Assembly: GCA_050699675.1 (NCBI GenBank)
Contig: JBOHFU010000001.1
Span: 1 to 41,127 of the forward strand
DNA from: Pseudonocardiaceae bacterium
GTDB taxonomy: Bacteria; Actinomycetota; Actinomycetes; Mycobacteriales; Pseudonocardiaceae
DNA: 41,127 nt
Reading direction: 5' to 3'
The position numbers and the translations under genes were made by a program. Shown piece by piece: positions 7,161 through 16,733 of the stretch; position 1 is the first letter of the stretch; every line of letters begins with the position of its first letter. A model generated the notes under the pieces. That model saw only the letters and a list, made by a program, of their open reading frames with translations. It was not told the DNA's origin and made no database searches.

Positions 7161-7397
7161 ATGTTTACTATCTCGCGTGCTTTCCCAGTGGGTCCGGATA
7201 CGAATGCCGACCACTATGCAGCGTGTCGTCCCGAGACATATGGCAAATGGATCGAGGCTGTGCACAAGAACAAAACCCCGGTAGCCGTCGGGGATAAGTA
7301 TCTTTGGGTGGAATTCTCTTTGATTCCGCCGAGGATTTACAATTGTCTGATTATGGTAAAGGAGGGAGACGAGTATCCGCCGGCTGTCGTCGTTTGA
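7161..7397 (+). CDS. Hypothetical protein (78 aa)
   Basis: ORF track. Confidence 0.45.
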   Translation: MFTISRAFPVGPDTNADHYAACRPETYGKWIEAVHKNKTPVAVGDKYLWVEFSLIPPRIYNCLIMVKEGDEYPPAVVV

Positions 7398-7422
7398 CAA
7401 AGAGAACCCGACAGATTACTCT
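7394..7422 (+). promoter_or_regulatory. Candidate sigma-A-type promoter ahead of the membrane-protein/lysis genes
   Basis: TTGACA (7394-7399), a 17-nt spacer, then TACTCT (7417-7422). The -10 element is weak. Confidence 0.3.
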
Positions 7423-7450
7423 GCGCAGTTGTGAATCGCAGGGATCTTCA

Positions 7451-7687
7451 GTGAACCCCCTCGAAATTTTCGACTTTATCAGTCGCGGGGGGGTTGCTGG
7501 TGTTTTGGGGTATGTATTCTGGCAACTTATGAAAGGCAGTCTCCGTCTCGGTCGAGAAGTCACCGACAAAGAAGAGCAGTTGGTGAGGATGAGAGCCGAT
7601 CGTGATCGATGGCAGAGCATGACTTTTGAGACCCTCAAATTAGGGGAGAGGGTTACTTCGATTGCGGAGAATGGTCGGGATAAATGA
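7451..7687 (+). CDS. Small membrane protein, holin candidate (78 aa)
   Basis: GTG at 7451 after the variant leader GAATCGCAGGGA (7433-7444). TM helix GGVAGVLGYVFWQLM followed by a charged coiled region. Confidence 0.45.
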   Translation: MNPLEIFDFISRGGVAGVLGYVFWQLMKGSLRLGREVTDKEEQLVRMRADRDRWQSMTFETLKLGERVTSIAENGRDK

Positions 7688-7842
7688 GAATCCGCTTCTG
7701 GAAGAAGAGGAAAGAACCCGATAAAGAGCCGCCTGTTTCCGAGGGACTAATCGAGGCGGAAATGCTTCTGCGAAATCTACGGGGGAGAGTAATTCGTTTG
7801 GAGGGTGAGTTGCAAGATAGGGAAAAACATGCTCCCAGCTAG
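7684..7842 (+). CDS. 52-aa charged peptide
   Basis: ATGA overlap with the preceding stop. Sequence MRIRFWKKRKEPDKEPP... It is below the ORF-track cutoff. Confidence 0.35.
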   Translation: MRIRFWKKRKEPDKEPPVSEGLIEAEMLLRNLRGRVIRLEGELQDREKHAPS

Positions 7843-8215
7843 TGTGCAGATCACGGAATTGATCTGGGTACTGAGTGGGATTCCTGGATGGATAGTTTGG
7901 CTATTCAATGGTATTTATGCCATGAAGGTGTATGGGGCAGCACGGAAGAGTGGGGATAGTTATGATCGAATGTGGACGGGAACTACTCTCTATCTCACCA
8001 TTGCCTCTCTGGTCGTTTCGAGTTCGGGAATCTCTCTTGGCTTATTCGGAATGAGCGAGAAGCCTGTAGTGCAGACAATCACCCGAGTAGGTTGGGCTGT
8101 TACGGCTCATCTGTTGATTGTCTCCATTGCCGTTCTTTCAGTTGGGCTTGCTTGGAACAAAATGGTAAACATGCTTAGGGAAAGCATGAGGCAGCAACGT
8201 GCAAATCCGACATAA
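7829..8215 (+). CDS. Four-helix membrane protein, holin candidate (128 aa)
   Basis: ATG at 7829 inside ORF 7805-8215. Four hydrophobic segments. Confidence 0.55.
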   Translation: MLPASVQITELIWVLSGIPGWIVWLFNGIYAMKVYGAARKSGDSYDRMWTGTTLYLTIASLVVSSSGISLGLFGMSEKPVVQTITRVGWAVTAHLLIVSIAVLSVGLAWNKMVNMLRESMRQQRANPT

Positions 8216-8216
8216 G

Positions 8217-8369
8217 TTGATTCAGGCTACAGACAGAGCCATTACTATTACCTTGGGGGTGATGCTCATTGGGTACTGTGGAACTGTCATTTTCGCTGGA
8301 TGGATAAGAGAGAAGATTCGAGGTTTCGATGGCGAATCTACCAGAGGCTCTTCTCGGCAGAATGGATAG
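8217..8369 (+). CDS. 50-aa single-pass membrane peptide (tentative, TTG start)
   Basis: TM helix AITITLGVMLIGYCGTVIFAGWI followed by a basic REKIR. It overlaps the next ORF by 41 nt. Confidence 0.3.
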   Translation: MIQATDRAITITLGVMLIGYCGTVIFAGWIREKIRGFDGESTRGSSRQNG

Positions 8370-8517
8370 TGCATTACCGGAAGAGCCTGAAGACTATACC
8401 GACTGGGAAGTGGATGAAAGGACGGATGCCAGGATTCATCAGCATGAATTGAATGACCAGAACACCGACGAGGATTGGAGTCTGTATTCAACGACCTCCT
8501 GGGAGGATGACGATTAA
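8329..8517 (+). CDS. Acidic 62-aa protein
   Basis: ORF track. The stop overlaps the amidase ATG (TAATG). Confidence 0.45.
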   Translation: MANLPEALLGRMDSALPEEPEDYTDWEVDERTDARIHQHELNDQNTDEDWSLYSTTSWEDDD

Positions 8518-9404
8518 TGCCTGCTCGACGTCCCCCTCGGGAAATTGTTCGTTGGACCAGCCAGAGAGGCGGAGCAAATCCACCGACCATTTTGGTCGCC
8601 ATTCATGAGAGCGTAGGAATTACCAACGCGTGGGATCTCGCGCTGTTCTGTGAGCGACGCGGAGTTTCCTATCACGACCTGGCAGATCTCACTCAGATGG
8701 TTCACACTGTCCCATTCGATGGAATTGGCTGGCATCTGAGAAAGGCTAACCCTCGTGCTGTGGGATTGTGTCTTGGTACTCCCGTGCGAGGTTATTCCCG
8801 AGAAGAATGGCTTGGGCCTCAAGTAGCCAAAGTGGAATACGCTGCTTGGTGGGTTGCGCGTACCTGTCACATTCTCGGAGTTCCCATTCGCCACATCAAT
8901 CATGCACAGATTCGAGCAGCGGTAAGAGGTGACAGATCTGCCGCGGGGGTGTGCACCCATAACGATTACACATTGGCTACTGGAGATGGAACTCATGAAG
9001 ATCCTCGAGGCTGGCCGATGGACAGATGTATTCAATGGGCATTGGAAGCAGCGGGACAACCGGAATTGCCTGTGCCTGCAGCAGAGGAGAAACAAATGGG
9101 CTACATGCCAATTCGAGTGCAAGGGAATAGCTGGATGAATTTGCCCATTCCCATGGGGAAGTCTTCGAGCGTTCTTAAAGCTGGCTGGCTTTCCGCTATT
9201 GTTGACGGCCCTGATCCTGGGGAATACGAAATCTGGTTTCAGGATGATGACAGTGGAATTTCCTATGCGAAACTTCAGATCGGATTCAAGGACGGACTTT
9301 CTCAGCGAAAATGGGTATCTGTTCCCGATGGTACCACTCAGGTCCGCATTCTTCACAAATTGAAGCAAGGGGGTGGACTTTGCTTCGAGATCGTGGATAA
9401 GTGA
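8517..9404 (+). CDS. Endolysin, N-acetylmuramoyl-L-alanine amidase (Amidase_2/PGRP fold) with an unassigned C-terminal domain
   Basis: IHESVG...SYHDL...GWHL...NPRAVGLCL and CTHNDY...GTHEDPRGWP match the Zn-amidase motifs. Confidence 0.8.
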   Translation: MPARRPPREIVRWTSQRGGANPPTILVAIHESVGITNAWDLALFCERRGVSYHDLADLTQMVHTVPFDGIGWHLRKANPRAVGLCLGTPVRGYSREEWLGPQVAKVEYAAWWVARTCHILGVPIRHINHAQIRAAVRGDRSAAGVCTHNDYTLATGDGTHEDPRGWPMDRCIQWALEAAGQPELPVPAAEEKQMGYMPIRVQGNSWMNLPIPMGKSSSVLKAGWLSAIVDGPDPGEYEIWFQDDDSGISYAKLQIGFKDGLSQRKWVSVPDGTTQVRILHKLKQGGGLCFEIVDK

Positions 9405-9425
9405 CAGATTACGCATAAGGGAGAA

Positions 9426-9917
9426 ATGGGAATGACTGCTCCATCATCAACGAAAGAATTTGACGAGGCAGCGGACGCCGCTTTCGATCTCGTCAAGAGA
9501 GTCATGGACTCGCTGAAAGAAGAAAGCCCCGGCGGAAAGAAGATCACCCTCGAGGAAATACTGCACACCGTTACGGACGGACAAGTGCGGCAATCCCTCA
9601 TGGATCTTTGGAATTCGGTTCAGTCACTTCTCCGGGGCGGGAAGTTCGATCTGTTTGATTTGCTCGCACAGGCCGGCGAAGCCGTCATGGATTTCGTCGG
9701 GGTATTGGCGTCGGCCTTTGCTGATGGACGACTTACCCCAGACGAAATTGTGAATGGCGTTACGGACGGGCATATTCGTGACGGACTCTTGAAAGCCATC
9801 GAAGGTGCAGAGAAGATTCCGGGAGAACTGACGGGACTGAATCCGCTGGCGATGGTCCGGGTATTCTCCCGGGTTCTTCAAAGGCTCCGGGAATTGAGAG
9901 AGGCGGTGCCGGCATGA
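9426..9917 (+). CDS. Hypothetical helical protein with an internal duplication (163 aa)
   Basis: ORF track. ITLEEILHTVTDGQVRQSL and LTPDEIVNGVTDGHIRDGL are repeats. Confidence 0.55.
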   Translation: MGMTAPSSTKEFDEAADAAFDLVKRVMDSLKEESPGGKKITLEEILHTVTDGQVRQSLMDLWNSVQSLLRGGKFDLFDLLAQAGEAVMDFVGVLASAFADGRLTPDEIVNGVTDGHIRDGLLKAIEGAEKIPGELTGLNPLAMVRVFSRVLQRLRELREAVPA

Positions 9918-10066
9918 TCCGTCGAGTAGCGGCGATTCTGGGTGTTGCTGCATTGACGATGGTCTTAACGACTGGAGTCGCCAATGCAGAGCCCAATTGC
10001 TATACCCCGCTGAGCTGTTTTCTCATCATCGGTCCATTCCAATTCGACGATATCATTGGGAGCTGA
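9914..10066 (+). CDS. 50-aa secreted peptide
   Basis: ATGA overlap upstream. Signal peptide MIRRVAAILGVAALTMVLTTGVANA followed by EPNCYTPLSC. Confidence 0.4.
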   Translation: MIRRVAAILGVAALTMVLTTGVANAEPNCYTPLSCFLIIGPFQFDDIIGS

Positions 10067-10112
10067 TTAATCAGAACCCAGTGAGTAGAAATCATGTGCT
10101 ATACTTCCACCC

Positions 10113-10571
10113 GTGAGACGGAAAGGCAATTTCGGGAGTGAGACCCGACAGACTATTCTCGCCAATCGCCGGGAGAAGTTACTCCGGCTAAGGCGTGCTG
10201 GGTATTCTATTCGAGAGATTGCCCCGAAAATCCCAGAGTACGGCGGAGATACGCTGGAAGCCCGAGAAAAAGCTATCCGAGCAGATCTCCGTCGTATTCT
10301 GCGGAGGATGATCGATGAACCGGCGAGAGAGCTTCTGGCTCTCCAGTACGCTCGATATGAGAGATTGCTTCGAGCACTCTATGTCGAGGCGCTGAAAGGC
10401 GATCTACAGGCGACAGATAGAGTCCTAACGCTATTGCGCAATCAGTCGAAGCTCATTCAGTCTATGGGAAGCTCTGGGAGCACAGAGGGCTCCGATGTGG
10501 ATAAGTGGTTGAACTCGCTAATGGACGATGTGAGTGAGGCAGAATCAGAGGACATTTCCGATGACTACTAA
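10113..10571 (+). CDS. terS: Terminase small subunit (putative)
   Basis: HTH-like RRAGYSIREIA, an acidic C-terminus, and a position immediately before and overlapping TerL. GTG start. Confidence 0.55.
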   Translation: MRRKGNFGSETRQTILANRREKLLRLRRAGYSIREIAPKIPEYGGDTLEAREKAIRADLRRILRRMIDEPARELLALQYARYERLLRALYVEALKGDLQATDRVLTLLRNQSKLIQSMGSSGSTEGSDVDKWLNSLMDDVSEAESEDISDDY

Positions 10572-11847
10572 GCCACTCACTGAATACCAGACAATGGTTC
10601 GCCGTCGATCTCGCCGCAGACTGAACATCTACGAAGGGGCCATTAGATCGAGTAAGACAGTGGTCTCCACTTTGCAGTGGGTAGGCTTCGTCAATTCTCT
10701 CCGAGACAATGACGATTATCCATTGCTGATGATTGGAAAGACGGAGAGAACCCTCAAACGTAACGTGATCGATCCCATGACCAAAATGTTGGGACAATCG
10801 CGTTGCCGGCTTCTTAGCGGTTCTGGGGAATTGAGGCTTCTTGGCAGACAGGTTTATATAGCTGGGGCTAATGACGAGAGGTCGACAGGAAGAATTGCCG
10901 GACTTACTCTGCAGGGTGCTTATGGGGATGAGCTTTCTTTATATCCCGAAGCTGTTTGGAAGATGCTTACCTCTCGACTATCCCTCGAGGATTCTCAATT
11001 CTTCGGCACAACTAACCCGGACACTCCACAGCATTTCCTCAAGTTGGGCTATCTCGACAGAGCGACAGAATGGATTAATAGCGACGGAGAACTGGAGTCT
11101 CCCAAAGTTGCGCCATCTTCAACGGATGATGATGAGAATGAAGATCTGGATATCTTTCGCGCGACTTTCCGTCTGCGAGATAATCCGCATCTTCCCGAGA
11201 ATTATTTGAGGAATCTTCGTCGAGAGTATAGGGGACTTTGGAAACAGCGATATATCGACGGTTTGTGGGTTATCGCTGACGGTGCCATTTATGAAATGTT
11301 CGATGACGGAATTCACGTCGGCGAGCGTAAACGCGGCAATGGGCCAGTATTAGTAGGGATCGATTACGGAACTACTAATCCGTTTGGTGCACTGGCGATA
11401 GAGGTAACGCCTCAAGGATTGTATGTATTCTCCGAATACTATGAGACGCGGAATCTTACGGATGCGGAACTCTCGGACAATCTGAGAAAATGGATGAGGA
11501 GCAATGATATAAACCCGCGCTGGGTGTGTATTGATCCCTCGGCCGCTTCATTCATCCAGCAATTGTACCGAGACAAGGTGCACAATCTTACTCAGGCTGA
11601 TAATGCCGTTCTCGACGGATTGAGAGTGGTGGCGTCTCTCTTTTCTCTGGGACAGATTGTCATTCACCCCTCTTGTGTCATGCTTCTGATGGAGATTCCC
11701 GGCTATTGCTGGGATGCAGATGCTTCCAAAAAGGGGAAAGATAAACCAATCAAAAAGGCGGATCACTTATGCGATGCGCTAAGATATGCAATAGCCACAA
11801 CCGAAGTTATCTGGGGATCCATTCTGTTCGATGCCTACGCGGCTTAG
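10561..11847 (+). CDS. terL: Terminase large subunit
   Basis: Walker-A-like EGAIRSSKT, an ATPase and nuclease layout, and C-terminal DHLCDALRY. The ATG at 10561 overlaps the TerS stop. Confidence 0.85.
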   Translation: MTTKPLTEYQTMVRRRSRRRLNIYEGAIRSSKTVVSTLQWVGFVNSLRDNDDYPLLMIGKTERTLKRNVIDPMTKMLGQSRCRLLSGSGELRLLGRQVYIAGANDERSTGRIAGLTLQGAYGDELSLYPEAVWKMLTSRLSLEDSQFFGTTNPDTPQHFLKLGYLDRATEWINSDGELESPKVAPSSTDDDENEDLDIFRATFRLRDNPHLPENYLRNLRREYRGLWKQRYIDGLWVIADGAIYEMFDDGIHVGERKRGNGPVLVGIDYGTTNPFGALAIEVTPQGLYVFSEYYETRNLTDAELSDNLRKWMRSNDINPRWVCIDPSAASFIQQLYRDKVHNLTQADNAVLDGLRVVASLFSLGQIVIHPSCVMLLMEIPGYCWDADASKKGKDKPIKKADHLCDALRYAIATTEVIWGSILFDAYAA

Positions 11848-11858
11848 GAGAATAAAAG

Positions 11859-12236
11859 GTGGCAACGACATGGGAAACTCTTGCGGATGAATTGGATAAG
11901 CTGCAAGGAGTTCCGAATCGAGTGGTACGTGCGGCGAGACGTGGGCATTTCTCCGAATTCCGCTCTGGCAGTCCTACCCCTAAGCAGGATCTTATTCTGA
12001 TTCTGCAGGATATCGGAGGATTCGACGCATTCATCGCTCGAATTGTAGCGGGGGAATTCGATGACACCGATCAGGAAGCCAAAGAATGGATGACCAGCAG
12101 AGACGGGATGGAGGTATTACGTCAGATGTTTCCCGGAATAACTCAGGAGAGGTGGAAAAGAATTCTTGGATTATCCGAACCAGTAGCGACGCCTATTCCG
12201 GGAGGAGTTCCTCATGCCCCTGCCAGTAGCGGATAG
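11859..12236 (+). CDS. Hypothetical protein (125 aa)
   Basis: ORF track; GTG start after GGAG. Confidence 0.5.
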   Translation: MATTWETLADELDKLQGVPNRVVRAARRGHFSEFRSGSPTPKQDLILILQDIGGFDAFIARIVAGEFDDTDQEAKEWMTSRDGMEVLRQMFPGITQERWKRILGLSEPVATPIPGGVPHAPASSG

Positions 12237-13722
12237 TCAATGGCCCCCCGCTGTGTGGCGTGATGTGTATGGAAAGTATCGAGAATGGGGGGCGTGGTAT
12301 AGCGGTGACTATGGACAGCTCAGTTCTGTGTATGGGGGAGCGGCTTATCAGACTCAGGGATACGTGGATCAATCTGGGGTGGTGAGCAGATATCAATTCA
12401 CCGGCGGGGTAATGGGAAGTATCGCTCGATTCTTCTGGGGAACTCCTCCCTCTAAGAATACCTACAATTCGGCGAAGCTTCACATTCCCACAGCGGAAGA
12501 GATTGCCTCAGAGGGAGCCTATCAGCTATTCAACAATCCCCCCAAGATTTACACTCCTTCGAAAATTCACCAGGCTCGAATAGATTACTACGTGGAACAG
12601 GGCCTGTTCATTCAGTTGATGCATGCGGCCGAGTTGAGTTGTGCTCTCTCGGGCGTGTTCATTCGGGGAACTTACGATTTCTCTGTGAGCGACATTCCCA
12701 TTCTTTCTGTGGTGAGCCCGGATTGTGCTCTTCCCACTTTCTACTTCGATCGACTGCGGGGGGCTATTCTTTGGCGAGTTATTTCCGAGGAGAAGAGCAA
12801 GGTAGTCCGTCATCTGGAAAGCCATGATCCTGGGATTATCGAGCACGGTGTTTATGTCGGGGATTATCAGCACTTGGGAAAGAGGGTGCCTCTATCGCAA
12901 TACCCAGAAACGGCTAATCTGGACAATGAGGCTCCCTCTATGGTCGGGTCACTAGATGTGATTTATGTTCCGAATCTGTGGACTCGAATCTGGCGAGACA
13001 AGGGAATGGCGTCAAGTCTAGGTCGATCAGATTACGGATCTGTTACGTCGGTAATGGATGCACTCGACGAGGCATATACCAGTTGGATGCGGGATATTCG
13101 ACTTGGTAAGGCTCGCATTCTAGTGCCTCAGCAATATCTGGATTCGGGGGGCAGGGGTAAAGGCGCCACATTCGATCTCGATCGTGACGTGTTTGTTTCG
13201 TTGAATGTCATGGCTGCCAAAGATAAATTGGAGATTACCCCGAGTCAATTCGACATTCGATATGAGGAACATGCCAATACCTGCTCTGCTCTCTTGGAGA
13301 GAATTCTCTCTGGCTCTGGATATTCAGAGCAGACGTTCGGATTGACGGGCGAGGTGGCAATGACAGCCACTGAGGCGAATGCCCGAGAGCGGAGAACATT
13401 CGTCACGAGAGCGGCAAAGATTGAGATCTGGAGAAGAAAGGTTGCGGATCTCATTCGAATCATGCTGGGAATAGATACTACTTTGGGAATTGTTCCTCCG
13501 CTTACTGAGGAGATCAATGTGCAATTTCCGCCCCCTGTTCAGGAAGGCAGAAAGGTATTGGCGGAGATCTCTCAATTGCTCAGTAATGCGAAGGCAGCTA
13601 GCAGAAAGACACTGGTTGCACTGAACAATCCCACGTGGGATACTGAGCAAGTAATGGCAGAAGTAGCTGAAATCGAAAGGATGGTGCCTCTCGACGATAT
13701 TCCCGAATTACCCGCAGCATAA
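12214..13722 (+). CDS. Portal protein
   Basis: 502 aa. Position follows TerL. The reading resembles SPP1 gp6-type portals. Confidence 0.8.
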   Translation: MPLPVADSQWPPAVWRDVYGKYREWGAWYSGDYGQLSSVYGGAAYQTQGYVDQSGVVSRYQFTGGVMGSIARFFWGTPPSKNTYNSAKLHIPTAEEIASEGAYQLFNNPPKIYTPSKIHQARIDYYVEQGLFIQLMHAAELSCALSGVFIRGTYDFSVSDIPILSVVSPDCALPTFYFDRLRGAILWRVISEEKSKVVRHLESHDPGIIEHGVYVGDYQHLGKRVPLSQYPETANLDNEAPSMVGSLDVIYVPNLWTRIWRDKGMASSLGRSDYGSVTSVMDALDEAYTSWMRDIRLGKARILVPQQYLDSGGRGKGATFDLDRDVFVSLNVMAAKDKLEITPSQFDIRYEEHANTCSALLERILSGSGYSEQTFGLTGEVAMTATEANARERRTFVTRAAKIEIWRRKVADLIRIMLGIDTTLGIVPPLTEEINVQFPPPVQEGRKVLAEISQLLSNAKAASRKTLVALNNPTWDTEQVMAEVAEIERMVPLDDIPELPAA

Positions 13723-13767
13723 ACCCGACGTAAAGAGCACTGTGCTATCATATGAGCCACCTTTGGA

Positions 13768-14469
13768 ATGGAGAATAGAATGACTCAGCCCACGGGAAAT
13801 CCCACTCCTCCCACGAATGGCCCTGATCCGGGAACTCAGAATTCACCGCCTACTCCTCCGACAAACAATCCGGCGCCCACAAATGATCCGCCGACTCCTC
13901 CGCAGAATCAGCCCCCCATTAATCAACCGCCGCCGGCAAATGATCCCGCTGTGGGCCGCGATGATTCTGCCGCCCGAATCGCTGAGCTGGAAGCTCAATT
14001 GAACCAGACAAAGGAAGAGGGGGAAAAGTGGAAGATCATTCTGGATAAGCTCGGCGCAGTTCTGAATCCAGACCAGCAGCAAACTCCCGAGCAATTGGCG
14101 GAAGCTCTGAAGCAGAGAGACGAGGAGCTGAAAGAAAGGAACCTGGAACTGGCTGTTTATTCAGTGGCTGGGGCGCAAGCGGGATCTACTCTTCTCGACT
14201 CCCGTCGATTCCGCGATTCCATCAAAGGGATGGAGCCTGGAACTGACGCATTCACGGCGAAGATTACTGAGGCTGTGGGAAAGCTTTCCCCCACACAAAC
14301 TGCGCCCCCCGGAACTCCTTCGAAAGGTGCTGGCGCAGATCTGGGGGGTGGAAAAGGGGGGGATGGAAATGCTCAGCTCACCAAGGAACAAATGGAGGGA
14401 ATGACGCACAAGGAGATCATGGCAGCATACAGAGCGGGTCAATTCAATGACCTAATCAAGGCGAAGTGA
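13768..14469 (+). CDS. Scaffolding protein
   Basis: Pro-rich N-terminus (PTPPTN repeats) followed by a long charged coiled coil. It lies between the portal and capsid genes. Confidence 0.65.
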   Translation: MENRMTQPTGNPTPPTNGPDPGTQNSPPTPPTNNPAPTNDPPTPPQNQPPINQPPPANDPAVGRDDSAARIAELEAQLNQTKEEGEKWKIILDKLGAVLNPDQQQTPEQLAEALKQRDEELKERNLELAVYSVAGAQAGSTLLDSRRFRDSIKGMEPGTDAFTAKITEAVGKLSPTQTAPPGTPSKGAGADLGGGKGGDGNAQLTKEQMEGMTHKEIMAAYRAGQFNDLIKAK

Positions 14470-14476
14470 GGCGGAC

Positions 14477-15328
14477 ATGGCAATTGTTAATTCCAACTTC
14501 ATTCCGGAGTTATGGGCAGCGGCTCTCCTCGAAGAGCTGGAAACTTCATTGGTGTATGCAGGACCGGAGATTGTGAACTCGGATTACGAGGGAGATATCC
14601 GAGAGAAGGGAAGCAAGGTTCACATTGTTTCCCCAGGTGCACCGAATGAGCGAGAATATGTTCCCGGTACTCCGCTCGTTTACGAACAGCCGTCGGATAC
14701 TGAGCAGGTTCTGGAGATTACTGAAGCTCGGTATTCTGCCTGGAAGATGAATGACATTCTGAGGAAGCAGCAGAACCCGGGAATGCTTCAGGCATGGGCC
14801 TCTTCGGCAAAGACAGCGCTTGCCAAGAGGGCGGACTCATTCATTTCCAGTAAGTATGTGGAAGTGGCGCCGGGAAATCACCTTGGTACCGTTGCGATTC
14901 TTACTCCTGAGATTGCCGATTTCAAACTGGTGGACATGGGAGTTGTACTCGACAATAACGATGTTCCCGATGACGGTCGCTGGGTTGTGATTCCCCCGTG
15001 GTATCACGGATTACTGGAAAAGAATCCGACATTCGTTGATGCCTCGAAGTCGAATGATCCGGGTATTCTTCGTAACGGATTCATTGGCACCGCGCGTCGA
15101 TTCAAGATCTTCAAAAGCAATACTACTCCATTTCCGGGTGGGGATGACAATATCATCATTGCCGGATACAAAGGAGCAATTACCTTTGCTCAGCAGATCC
15201 CCGTGGGTGAAGTGGAAACTCTTCGCTCGGAATCTGATTTCGCGGATCTTATGCGTATTCTTCATCTTTACGGTGGAGAGGTGATTCGTCCGGACAAACT
15301 CGCTGTCATGCAGGCAAGCATTACCTGA
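14477..15328 (+). CDS. Major capsid protein (P22-coat-like family)
   Basis: MAIVNSNFIPELWAAALLEELETSLVYAG...DYEGDIREKGSKVHIV is a typical N-terminus for this coat family. Position follows the scaffold gene. Confidence 0.8.
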   Translation: MAIVNSNFIPELWAAALLEELETSLVYAGPEIVNSDYEGDIREKGSKVHIVSPGAPNEREYVPGTPLVYEQPSDTEQVLEITEARYSAWKMNDILRKQQNPGMLQAWASSAKTALAKRADSFISSKYVEVAPGNHLGTVAILTPEIADFKLVDMGVVLDNNDVPDDGRWVVIPPWYHGLLEKNPTFVDASKSNDPGILRNGFIGTARRFKIFKSNTTPFPGGDDNIIIAGYKGAITFAQQIPVGEVETLRSESDFADLMRILHLYGGEVIRPDKLAVMQASIT

Positions 15329-15344
15329 TCGGAGGAAATTAATA

Positions 15345-15716
15345 ATGGCACGAACTGACGTAACTTCGACGAAGCGTGTTCCGAATTCGTCGATTGTCGA
15401 ACCAACCGGAACAACGATCGATGCCACTCTTGTGACGAATGGAGTTCGAATCGTTTCGCCCGACTGGCGTTCGATGGAAATCATCGTGGCAAATACTGCC
15501 GGAGCAGACAAGGTTGTTACGATTCAATCCGGCGATTCATTAGGAGGTGCTATCAAAGAGAGCCAAGGGGATCTTACCGTTACCGTTGTGGCTACCACAG
15601 GAATTCGTCGAATCGGCCCTCTGGAAAGTTCTCGATTCTCTCAGGCGGATGGCTCATGCTGGGTTGATTTCGGGGCAGGAACTACGGGGACAATCAAGGT
15701 GGTGCAGCTTCCATGA
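15345..15716 (+). CDS. Head-associated hypothetical protein (123 aa)
   Basis: ORF track. Weak paralogy to 15979-16326. Confidence 0.55.
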   Translation: MARTDVTSTKRVPNSSIVEPTGTTIDATLVTNGVRIVSPDWRSMEIIVANTAGADKVVTIQSGDSLGGAIKESQGDLTVTVVATTGIRRIGPLESSRFSQADGSCWVDFGAGTTGTIKVVQLP

Positions 15717-15982
15717 TTGTTTGCAGAAGTGTCAGCGGGATCGAACAGGAATTCCCCGACGCCAATTCCGTTGAGACAATGCCGGAATGGGCTCAGATTC
15801 TGGTGAAGCGTGGGAAGCTTATTCCGATTGAGACTATGGAAGAAGAGATTCCTCCGCCGCCTGATGAGAATGCGTCGAAAGAAGTCTGGGCTCAGTACAT
15901 CGAAGACAATTTCGAACCTGTGCCGGATCTCTCTCGAATGAGTAAGCCACAGATGATTGATTGGGTAAGGAAGCAGACATGA
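15713..15982 (+). CDS. Hypothetical protein (89 aa)
   Basis: ATGA overlaps at both ends. Confidence 0.55.
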   Translation: MIVCRSVSGIEQEFPDANSVETMPEWAQILVKRGKLIPIETMEEEIPPPPDENASKEVWAQYIEDNFEPVPDLSRMSKPQMIDWVRKQT

Positions 15983-16326
15983 GTCTCAGAACTCCCGAAC
16001 AACTGGCAAGGTCTGGCACTACGCCGACATTCTCCGCGGCAGATGTTGCGGGAGATCGATTCGCCAACGACGGCAGAACAATGGTGAGATTCAAGAATAC
16101 CAACGCCTCAGCACGTACGGTGACATTCGCCATTCCCATTACGGTGGATGGTCAAGCGGTGGCGGGAAAGCAGCTCACCGTTCCGGCCACTACTGGTGAT
16201 GTAACAACTGACGTATTTCCGCCCGAGTATAATAATACTCTGGGGGAAGTGTCGTGGACATACAGCACGATCACTGATGTGACTGTGGCTGTTTACAGAG
16301 CGAGCAAGGTTCCAGGAGGGCAGTAA
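15979..16326 (+). CDS. Head-associated hypothetical protein (115 aa)
   Basis: The ATG at 15979 overlaps the preceding stop. Confidence 0.55.
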   Translation: MSLRTPEQLARSGTTPTFSAADVAGDRFANDGRTMVRFKNTNASARTVTFAIPITVDGQAVAGKQLTVPATTGDVTTDVFPPEYNNTLGEVSWTYSTITDVTVAVYRASKVPGGQ

Positions 16327-16328
16327 AT

Positions 16329-16733
16329 GTGGCGTTGCCGGTGTATGCGACTGTGGCGCAATTGAAGACGTATTTGGGCGCTCTCGAAGAGACCGACGGC
16401 GAGTTGACTCTGAAGCTCAGCAGAGCGAGCAGAGCTATCGACTCGGTCTTAATCGGGGCTGTTTACTCAACGGACGAAGAGACTGAGCTACCCACGGATT
16501 CTTCAATTCTTGAGGCTCTTCAATATGCCACAATGGAACAGGTCGATGGATATCTTTCCGGAGCCGTTGATGAGCAAGGAACACCGGCATATGCCAATGT
16601 CGCAATTGGCTCTGTTCATTTGGGGGGAAGATCTGGAAGTGATTCTGATCGACGTCCGCACATTTCTCCCTCAGCTCTGAACTATTTGGTACAGGCAAAT
16701 CTGCTCCCAATCTCTGCGAGGAGCTATGGGTAG
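16329..16733 (+). CDS. Head-tail connector (gp6-like)
   Basis: ATVAQLKTYLG...DGELTLKLSRASRAID resembles the connector family N-terminus. Gene order supports the call. Confidence 0.5.
   Translation: MALPVYATVAQLKTYLGALEETDGELTLKLSRASRAIDSVLIGAVYSTDEETELPTDSSILEALQYATMEQVDGYLSGAVDEQGTPAYANVAIGSVHLGGRSGSDSDRRPHISPSALNYLVQANLLPISARSYG

Noticed and set aside
8514-9416. 300-aa minus-strand ORF mirroring the endolysin gene
   Set aside because: The plus-strand frame carries clear Amidase_2 motifs and is coupled to its neighbours. The antisense translation is Ser/Pro/Arg-rich and matches no motif.
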